From contig CAZSTT010000003.1 of the NCBI GenBank assembly GCA_964609705.1, positions 1,354 to 51,280 of the forward strand: DNA of 49,927 nt. The letters are read 5' to 3'. The DNA is from an uncultured Thermodesulfobacteriota bacterium (GTDB taxonomy: Bacteria; Desulfobacterota; RBG-13-43-22). Both the position numbers and the translations under genes were made by a program. Below, one piece after another: positions 43,620-49,927 of this stretch; positions within the stretch are counted from its first letter, which is position 1; each line of letters begins with the position of its first letter. Under the pieces are notes generated by a model. The model searched no databases, was not told the origin of the DNA, and saw nothing but the letters and a program-made list of their open reading frames with translations.

Positions 43620-44642
43620 ATGAAAAAAATCAAAGTCGGAGTGGTCGGGGTCGGGCACTTGGGAAAATTCCATGTGGAAAAATATTCCCGGATGCCGGAG
43701 GTCGACCTGGTCGGGATTGCCGACATAGCACCGGAAAGAAGGGAAGCTTTATCCGCACAATATGAAGTCCCCGGGTATGAAGATTATCGCCGATTAATTC
43801 CCCAGATTGATGCAGTCAGCATCGTGGTCCCGACCACGCAGCACGCCTCCGTAGCCAGAGATTTTTTAGATCAGTCGATTGATGTCCTTATTGAAAAACC
43901 CATCAGCAGCTCCATGGCCGAGGCGGAAGAATTGATCTCTTTGGCCGGGACCAGGGACTGTTTGTTGCAAGTGGGACACCTGGAACGATTTAATCCGGTC
44001 TTCCTGAAAACCCGGCCTTTTATAAAGAATCCCCTTTTTTTTGAAAGCCATCGGCTAAGCCCTTTTAAGGCCAGAGCCATCGATGTGGACGTGGTTCTGG
44101 ATTTGATGATTCATGATCTGGATCTGATATTACACCTGGTCCAATCCCCAGTCGAGCAGATACAGGCCGTCGGCGTACCGGTGGTTTCCTCCAAGGTCGA
44201 TATCGCCAATGTCCGGATTCAGTTTCAAAACGGATGTGTGGCTAATATTACGGCCAGTCGGATTTCCCTGCAGGAAATGCGCAAGATGAGGATTTTTCAA
44301 CCGGCGACCTATATTGCTATGGATTTTGGGGTAAAATCCTATTCGGTGGTCCGATTGAAACCGGAAAAGGAAGGCTCGGCTCCGGGCCCTGAATTTGTTT
44401 CCGAAAGTGGAATGATCGATTCCGGGGATGCTCTGGAGATGGAGTTGCGAGCTTTTATTGAAGCGGTGAGAACCCGGTCCGCCCCGATGGTTTGTGGTGA
44501 GGACGGCAAAAAAGCCCTGGATATGGCACTCCGGATCAACCGGGAAATTGAAAAAAATTTAATATCCGCGGCTCAATTTCCAGGGGCCTCGGAGTTATTA
44601 AAAGAATTACCGGGCATCACTTCCCCCAGAAAGTCTCAGTAA
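43620..44642 (+). CDS. Gfo/Idh/MocA family NAD(P)-dependent oxidoreductase
   Basis: MKKIKVGVVGVGHLGKFH Rossmann N-terminus and the EKP motif (LIEKPI). The ATG at 43620 follows AGGTGGA. The ORF-track extension to 43530 is rejected. Confidence 0.85.
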   Translation: MKKIKVGVVGVGHLGKFHVEKYSRMPEVDLVGIADIAPERREALSAQYEVPGYEDYRRLIPQIDAVSIVVPTTQHASVARDFLDQSIDVLIEKPISSSMAEAEELISLAGTRDCLLQVGHLERFNPVFLKTRPFIKNPLFFESHRLSPFKARAIDVDVVLDLMIHDLDLILHLVQSPVEQIQAVGVPVVSSKVDIANVRIQFQNGCVANITASRISLQEMRKMRIFQPATYIAMDFGVKSYSVVRLKPEKEGSAPGPEFVSESGMIDSGDALEMELRAFIEAVRTRSAPMVCGEDGKKALDMALRINREIEKNLISAAQFPGASELLKELPGITSPRKSQ

Positions 44643-44654
44643 GGAGCCCCAGCC

Positions 44655-45791
44655 ATCAAAAAAATATGTATCATCGCCGGAGAAGCCTCGGGGGATCTTC
44701 ATGGGGCTTCGCTGGTTCAGGCCTTGAGGCAATCGGGTGAACCCGTTTCTCTTTTCGGTTTAGGAGGGCCGCTCCTGGAGGAAATGGGTGTGGAGATGGT
44801 TTATCCACCCCCTCTCAATGTGGTGGGCTTTATCGAAGTGGTCTTTAGAATTTCTCACTTATTCAAGGCTTATCAAAAAGTCAAAAAAACCTGGGGTTAT
44901 CAAAAACCGGATTTACTCATTTTGATCGATTATCCCGATATGAATCTTCGCCTGGCCAAAGCGGCTCACCAAGAGAATATCCCGGTCTTGTATTATATCA
45001 GCCCCCAAGTCTGGGCCTGGCGTTCCGGTCGGGTCAAGCACATCGCCCGTTATGTAGACCGGTTGGCGGTCATCTTGCCTTTTGAGGTGGATTTTTATCA
45101 ATCCCATGGCGTTAGGGTTGAATTTGTCGGTCATCCGCTTCTAGACCGATTACCAAACGGGAAACCGGTCGACGAGGCTTTCCCCCCTGATCCCCTTTCC
45201 GGGACGACCCAGATCGGTCTATTCCCCGGCAGCCGACCAGCGGAAATTGAGGCCATATTACCGACGCTGTTAGAAACGGCCGCCCTCTTAACGCAACACT
45301 TTGGTCCAAGGTTCCGCTTTGTCATACCGGTAGCCGGAACCTTGGAAGCGGCACCTTTTCTGGATAAAATCCGACCTTATCAAGACCGGGGAGTTTCGCT
45401 GGAGCTCTCTTCCGGGGATTCTCAGAAAACCCTGGGACAGTGCCATCTGGCCATCGTGGCCTCAGGGACTGTGACCCTCGAGGCGGCACTCTTGGGGATT
45501 CCCATCTTAATCGTGTATAAGGTTTCCCCGGTCAATTACTGGATTGCCCGGCGTCTGATCCATGTCCCTTATGTGGGATTGGTCAATTGGGTGGCCGGGG
45601 AAAAAATTGTCCCCGAATATATTCAAGAAGAGGCTGTTCCAGAGGCCCTGATGAAGGGGATGATACGTTATCTGGAGGACGCCGAATATTATCGGAATAT
45701 CCGTAGCCGGCTCTTCGAGGTTGGAGAGAAATTGGGCCATCCCGGGGCCTCTGCTCGAGTGGCGCAAATGGCCCGAGAGATGATGGGCTGA
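44655..45791 (+). CDS. lpxB: lipid-A-disaccharide synthase; apparent ATC start
   Basis: The in-frame sequence upstream of the ORF-track TTG (44724) encodes (I)KKICIIAGEASGDLHGASLVQAL, the conserved LpxB N-terminus. There is no in-frame ATG/GTG/TTG between the TAA at 44640 and 44724. AAGGAG at 44641-44646 lies 8 nt before ATC 44655. Confidence 0.88.
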   Translation: MKKICIIAGEASGDLHGASLVQALRQSGEPVSLFGLGGPLLEEMGVEMVYPPPLNVVGFIEVVFRISHLFKAYQKVKKTWGYQKPDLLILIDYPDMNLRLAKAAHQENIPVLYYISPQVWAWRSGRVKHIARYVDRLAVILPFEVDFYQSHGVRVEFVGHPLLDRLPNGKPVDEAFPPDPLSGTTQIGLFPGSRPAEIEAILPTLLETAALLTQHFGPRFRFVIPVAGTLEAAPFLDKIRPYQDRGVSLELSSGDSQKTLGQCHLAIVASGTVTLEAALLGIPILIVYKVSPVNYWIARRLIHVPYVGLVNWVAGEKIVPEYIQEEAVPEALMKGMIRYLEDAEYYRNIRSRLFEVGEKLGHPGASARVAQMAREMMG

Positions 45792-45792
45792 A

Positions 45793-47532
45793 ATGACGAC
45801 TGCCCAAAGACTGATTCAGCTCATAAAGCCCTACTGGATCCGGTTGTTGGCCGCCATGGTCTGCATGCTGATAGTAGCCGGAACCACTTCCTTGATGGCC
45901 TTTATGGTCCAACCGGTCCTGGATGATATTTTTATAGAGAAAAAAGTATCCACCCTTTCTTTCCTTCCATTTCTTATAATTTTATTGTATGTCGTTAAGG
46001 GATTTTTCGCCTATGGGCAATCCTATTTGATGAGTTTCGTAGGGGAGAAGATTGTGGCCGGTTTGAGAGAGGGGCTCTATTCCCACTTGCAAAAACTCTC
46101 GCTGGCCTATTTTGATCGAACAGCCACCGGCCTGCTCATGTCTCGGATTGTCAACGATGTCAACCTGATTCAGGGAGCTGTTTCCAGCGCGGTGACCGGC
46201 ATTCTCAAAGATTTTTTTACCATCCTGGGACTGATCGGGGTCATCTTCTATCGCGATTGGCAACTGGCCATCCTGGCCATCCTGGTTCTCCCGATTATGG
46301 TTTTCCCTATTGTTAAATTCGGACGAAAACTCAGGAAAATCAGCACTCAAAGCCAGAAAACCATGGCCGATATTTCGATTCATCTCCATGAAACCTTAAC
46401 CGGTAATCGGATCGTCAAGGCCTTTAACACGGAAGAATATGAGATTAATCGCTTTCGTCAGCGGATCCGGAAATTTTTTCAGTTGACCATGAAAGACGTA
46501 TCGATTAAATCCATGTCTTCTCCCATCATGGAATTTCTGGGAGGTATCGGTATTTCGGCCATTATCTGGTATGGGGGATATCAGGTCATCAAAGGCTATT
46601 CCACGACCGGCACTTTTTTTTCCTTTTTAACCGCTCTATTGATGCTCTATGAGCCGATCAAACATTTGAGCGGGGTCAATAATATGATTCAACAAGGGAT
46701 GGCCGCGGCCATCCGCGTTTTTGAGGTCTTGGACATCCCCACGGAAATTCATGATCACGAAGGGGCCGTAACCATTAACGGTATCCGGGAGGGGATTCGC
46801 TTAAAAAATGTATCCTTTGGATATGGAGACCAATGGGTCCTCCGGGATATCAATTTTGAAGTAAAGGTGGGGGAAATCATTGCCATTGTCGGAACCAGCG
46901 GCGGGGGGAAAACCACCCTGGTCAATCTGATCCCCCGGTTTTATGAGGCCAGTGAGGGAGAAATTTTAATCGACCATCGTTCAATTAAAACCATTACCCA
47001 GGCCTCTTTACGTCGACAGATCGGTATGGTGACCCAGCAGACCATCCTGTTTAACGATACGGTCCGGAACAATATCGCCTACGGCTCTCCGGAAAAGACG
47101 GAGGCGGATATCCTCCTGGCCGCGCAGGCCGCCTATGCTTATGATTTTATCCAGCGTCTTCCTGAAAAAATGAATACTTTAATCGGTGAACAGGGGGTGC
47201 GTCTTTCCGGAGGCGAGCGACAGCGCATTTCCATCGCCCGGGCCCTGCTCAAGGACGCCCCCATCCTGATCCTGGATGAAGCCACCTCTTCCCTGGATTC
47301 GGAATCGGAGGCGGAAGTCCAGCGGGCCTTGGAAAATCTGATGAAAGGGCGGACCACCTTTATCATCGCCCATCGCTTTTCCACCATCCGGAACGTGGAC
47401 CGGATTCTTGTCCTGGCCGATGGCAGGGTTATTGAAGAAGGCAATCACGACCAGTTGATGGGCTTGAATGGGGAATATAAAAGGCTTTACGAAATACAGT
47501 TCCGGGACAATGAAACAAAAAATGACGGATAG
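45793..47532 (+). CDS. msbA: lipid A export ABC transporter MsbA (fused TMD-NBD)
   Basis: Six-TM ABC exporter domain, Walker A GTSGGGKTT, signature LSGGERQR, Walker B ILILDEATS. It lies directly after lpxB. Confidence 0.9.
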   Translation: MTTAQRLIQLIKPYWIRLLAAMVCMLIVAGTTSLMAFMVQPVLDDIFIEKKVSTLSFLPFLIILLYVVKGFFAYGQSYLMSFVGEKIVAGLREGLYSHLQKLSLAYFDRTATGLLMSRIVNDVNLIQGAVSSAVTGILKDFFTILGLIGVIFYRDWQLAILAILVLPIMVFPIVKFGRKLRKISTQSQKTMADISIHLHETLTGNRIVKAFNTEEYEINRFRQRIRKFFQLTMKDVSIKSMSSPIMEFLGGIGISAIIWYGGYQVIKGYSTTGTFFSFLTALLMLYEPIKHLSGVNNMIQQGMAAAIRVFEVLDIPTEIHDHEGAVTINGIREGIRLKNVSFGYGDQWVLRDINFEVKVGEIIAIVGTSGGGKTTLVNLIPRFYEASEGEILIDHRSIKTITQASLRRQIGMVTQQTILFNDTVRNNIAYGSPEKTEADILLAAQAAYAYDFIQRLPEKMNTLIGEQGVRLSGGERQRISIARALLKDAPILILDEATSSLDSESEAEVQRALENLMKGRTTFIIAHRFSTIRNVDRILVLADGRVIEEGNHDQLMGLNGEYKRLYEIQFRDNETKNDG

Positions 47533-49057
47533 AATAAAGCCCTCTCAAGAAATATGGGCTCTGTTTTCCATTATTGTATTTTTTTATCTGCTTCGACTTT
47601 TCATCAACGGACGGCTGGAACTTGCTCCTGATGAAGCCTATTATTGGTATTGGAGTAAACACCTAGATCTCAGTTACGCCGATCATCCTCCTATGGTTGC
47701 CTATGTTACGGCCTTTTTTACCGGTATCGGTGGAAATACAGAATTCTTCGTTCGTCTGGGAGGTCTTGTTTTTTCTACCGCCGCGCTGATTCTGATCTAT
47801 CAAACAAGCCTTACCCTATTTCCCAATAACAAAAATCTGGGGTGGAAAATCTTGTTTATCTTCAATCTCAACCTTCTTTTTTCCGCAGGTTGCATTTTGC
47901 AGACGCCGGACTCCATGATGTTTTTTTTCTGGGCGGGGGCTGTTTTTTGGGGAAGCAAGATTATCGTGCAAGGAATCCGCTATTATTGGTACTGGTGGGG
48001 GATCGCCCTGGGGTTCGGCCTGTTAAGTAAATACACCATGATCTTAATTGTTCCCTGCACTTTTATCTTTCTTCTCCTCTCATCGCCACACCGATTCTGG
48101 CTTAAAAAAAAAGAGCCCTATTTAGCTTTATTGATGGCTCTTATTATATTTTCGCCTGTCATTTTCTGGAACTGGCAACATCATTGGGTTTCATTTCTAT
48201 ATCAATTACAGCAAGGGTTCAATCCCGAAAAAAGGGATATCCTCCAGATAGTTAATAAGTTATTGGCCTATATTGGTGAACAGGCCGGGGTTGTCACGCC
48301 ACTGCTATTCATCGCTTTTGTTATTTACACGATTAAAGGGACCATGATTTCTTTGAGGGGAAATAAAAAGGAGTATCTTTACCTGAGCTCTTTATCCTGG
48401 CCGATTCTTTTATTTTTCGGGTTATCGACCGTACAGGGGAAAGTGGCGGGAGCCAACTGGCCGGCCCCGGCCTTTATCACCGGAACCATTCTGATGATTG
48501 GTGTCTACCATGAATATTTCAAAACGAGTAAGGGGCATCGATTTTTTATATACAGCGGTGTCGTTTTGGCGTTGATTTTAAGTATTATAGCCCATGTTCA
48601 TTTAATCCGACCTATTATCCCGATCGCCCCCAATTTGGATCCAACGCAACAATTTCATGGGTGGAGGGCCTTAGGCACAAAAATAACTAAATACCTGGAT
48701 GAAAATCCCGGTCAGGACCGGTATTTTCTTCTTGGTGATCGGGGAACTACCGTAGCTGAAGCCGTTTTTTACACGCAGAATCGTTTTGTCGGACTTGACT
48801 TCAACCGCCCCGAACGCTATCTCTTTCTCCATAATACAGAGTCCCTGCGAGCCCGGGAGGCTATTATCATTCTCCATAACCAAAACGCAGATGCTTTAAA
48901 ACAGTACCATCCTTATTTTGAAGCTTGTCAAACGATTGGCCACCATCATTCTGTTTTTAGAAACACCCGAATTGATTCCCTTTCTTTTCAGTTGGCCATT
49001 GGAAAGGATTTTCGAGGCAACTGGAATCCTCTTTCCGAACTGCAGGAACAGAGATAA
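47510..49057 (+). CDS. ArnT-like glycosyltransferase (GT39/GT83, PMT_2 family)
   Basis: Polytopic membrane protein with the N-terminal loop motif APDEAYYWYWSKHLDLSYADHPPM, typical of ArnT/PMT-type lipid-linked sugar transferases. ATG 47510 (or 47522) overlaps the end of msbA. Confidence 0.8.
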   Translation: MKQKMTDRIKPSQEIWALFSIIVFFYLLRLFINGRLELAPDEAYYWYWSKHLDLSYADHPPMVAYVTAFFTGIGGNTEFFVRLGGLVFSTAALILIYQTSLTLFPNNKNLGWKILFIFNLNLLFSAGCILQTPDSMMFFFWAGAVFWGSKIIVQGIRYYWYWWGIALGFGLLSKYTMILIVPCTFIFLLLSSPHRFWLKKKEPYLALLMALIIFSPVIFWNWQHHWVSFLYQLQQGFNPEKRDILQIVNKLLAYIGEQAGVVTPLLFIAFVIYTIKGTMISLRGNKKEYLYLSSLSWPILLFFGLSTVQGKVAGANWPAPAFITGTILMIGVYHEYFKTSKGHRFFIYSGVVLALILSIIAHVHLIRPIIPIAPNLDPTQQFHGWRALGTKITKYLDENPGQDRYFLLGDRGTTVAEAVFYTQNRFVGLDFNRPERYLFLHNTESLRAREAIIILHNQNADALKQYHPYFEACQTIGHHHSVFRNTRIDSLSFQLAIGKDFRGNWNPLSELQEQR

Positions 49058-49104
49058 TAATATTCCCATACAGGGATTGACTAATAGGGGGTCGGCCATT
49101 AAAA

Positions 49105-49791
49105 TCAGTGCCGGTCAAAACGAAAAAGGCAGGCCAGTATAAATCCCGTGAGATAAGTCAGTAAGCCTGACCAGACCACGTCGGAAAGAAAATGTCCTCC
49201 CTGAACGATCCTCCCTGCGCCCATGAAAAAACCGAAACTAATTCCCAAGCCAAGAAAAGCGACAGCCACCTTCCGATGTGATTTCCTCAGGATGAAAAAC
49301 GGAGCGAAGATAAAAAAACCAACAGAGGCGTGACCCGAAGGAAAAGATCCTCCCTGCCCGGCCTCCCCTGTTTCCCAGACCTGGTGGAAAGTTTTTGTGC
49401 CGCCAAAGTTTACAATATCGTCCGGGCGTGGACGCCCCCAGTGATCTTTGAAACCCACATTGACAACAAGCCCTGGGCCCAAAATCATAAATACTATCAG
49501 AAAAAGCCCTGTTTTTTTATAAGGCAATAATTCTTTACGGAAAAAGCTAAGCACAAATACAAAAAGGCCACCGACCGCAAGAATAATCCCCGGAATGTTT
49601 CCGTAATGGTATAAGAAAAACCAGGGCATTTCCTGGCCCATAAACCAGCCTTTTCCGGATGCATAGAAAAGTCTCGCTATTTTAAGATCCGCATCCGTCC
49701 AGCTGATGATCACAGATAAGATAACGGTCAGGACAATGGGAAAAACAAAGGACTCGAAAATACTTGTTTTTATTTCAGTTTCATGACTCAT
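49105..49791 (-). CDS. PAP2 family membrane phosphatase (LpxE/LpxF-like lipid phosphatase candidate)
   Basis: The three PAP2 motifs are present: KDHWGRPRP, PSGH and GRIVQGGHFLSD. Multiple transmembrane segments. Confidence 0.85.
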   Translation of the reverse strand: MSHETEIKTSIFESFVFPIVLTVILSVIISWTDADLKIARLFYASGKGWFMGQEMPWFFLYHYGNIPGIILAVGGLFVFVLSFFRKELLPYKKTGLFLIVFMILGPGLVVNVGFKDHWGRPRPDDIVNFGGTKTFHQVWETGEAGQGGSFPSGHASVGFFIFAPFFILRKSHRKVAVAFLGLGISFGFFMGAGRIVQGGHFLSDVVWSGLLTYLTGFILACLFRFDRH

Positions 49792-49809
49792 AACATTCTA
49801 ATTCTAATA

Positions 49810-49894
49810 GTTTCCATCCGGAAATTGATATTTCCGGATCGGTCGACATTGTCGACCTCAAATAAAGGTCCCCATCCGGGGACCGAATGGAAAC
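49810..49894 (+). repeat. four-way-junction palindromic element related to the repeat family
   Basis: An outer stem GTTTCCAT/ATGGAAAC encloses three perfect 7-bp hairpins: CCGGAAA..TTTCCGG, GGTCGAC-att-GTCGACC and GGTCCCC-atcc-GGGGACC. It shares the CCGAATGGAA motif with module M2. Confidence 0.7.
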
Positions 49895-49927
49895 ACCTGG
49901 ATTTCCGGACGAAGCACTCGCCAGAAA

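Noticed and set aside
44640-44657. Stop-codon readthrough or a fusion of the Gfo/Idh/MocA oxidoreductase with LpxB (same frame, single TAA).
   Set aside because: The TAA is embedded in a strong Shine-Dalgarno (TAAGGAG) at ideal spacing from ATC 44655, which fits ordinary translational coupling with re-initiation better. It is kept as a caveat in the lpxB finding.
49810-49894. The cloverleaf-shaped element could be a tRNA or tRNA-like gene.
   Set aside because: It lacks the conserved tRNA features: no GG in a D-loop, no GTTCRANYC T-loop, a 3-nt loop in the middle hairpin where a 7-nt anticodon loop would be, and no discriminator/CCA context. It shares motifs with the palindromic repeat family.
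1-49927. Search for mobile elements, prophage genes, defence systems (restriction-modification, CBASS, retrons, Cas) and rRNA/tRNA genes.
   Set aside because: No ORF shows transposase, integrase, recombinase, reverse transcriptase, nuclease-helicase or cyclase signatures. All large ORFs are accounted for by housekeeping, envelope or signalling functions. The only TA-like candidate is the small ORF/NTase pair, which is reported separately.

Overview
This window looks like chromosomal core DNA from a Gram-negative anaerobe. Gene content suggests a deltaproteobacterial/Desulfobacterota-type organism: sigma-54 two-component regulators, an LpxI-type lipid A pathway, an ApgM-like gene beside hom, and YkgJ and GcvH-like Cys-rich proteins. 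GC is moderate by eye and was not computed. I call about 48 protein genes. In order they are: a hom / ApgM-like / thioesterase operon; a cytoplasmic PAS histidine kinase with an NtrC-type regulator; archaemetzincin; a Cys-rich GcvH-like protein; a small AT-rich islet (TfoX-N, a nucleotidyltransferase and a small partner ORF); rplU-rpmA-obg-proB-proA-nadD-rsfS-gpmI; an M48/TPR protease; ykgJ; rpsF-rpsR, a spacer, then rplI-dnaB; hflX; an atypical PEP-utilizing (dikinase-like) protein; a Cache histidine kinase with a CheY-like regulator; a cluster of uncharacterized membrane, lipoprotein and TauE genes behind a good sigma-54 promoter; lysS; lolCE-lolD; and a long envelope cluster, bamA-skp-lpxD-fabZ-lpxA-lpxI-(Gfo/Idh/MocA)-lpxB-msbA-(ArnT-like GT), with a convergent PAP2 phosphatase. 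I found no rRNA, tRNA, CRISPR array, cas gene, transposase, integrase or phage gene. I see no obvious new multi-gene protein system such as a defence island. The most unusual content is non-coding. (1) A modular family of multi-hairpin intergenic repeats occurs at six or more loci, and some stems differ between copies by compensatory changes. (2) Heptanucleotide tandem repeats (STRR-like) are common just 3' of genes, often as inverted arrays that can form hairpins. Three conserved genes (hflX, lpxB, probably nadD) also lack any in-frame ATG/GTG/TTG at the expected N-terminus and seem to start at ATT/ATC. All calls rest on reading the ORF translations and the DNA by eye. No database search was run.
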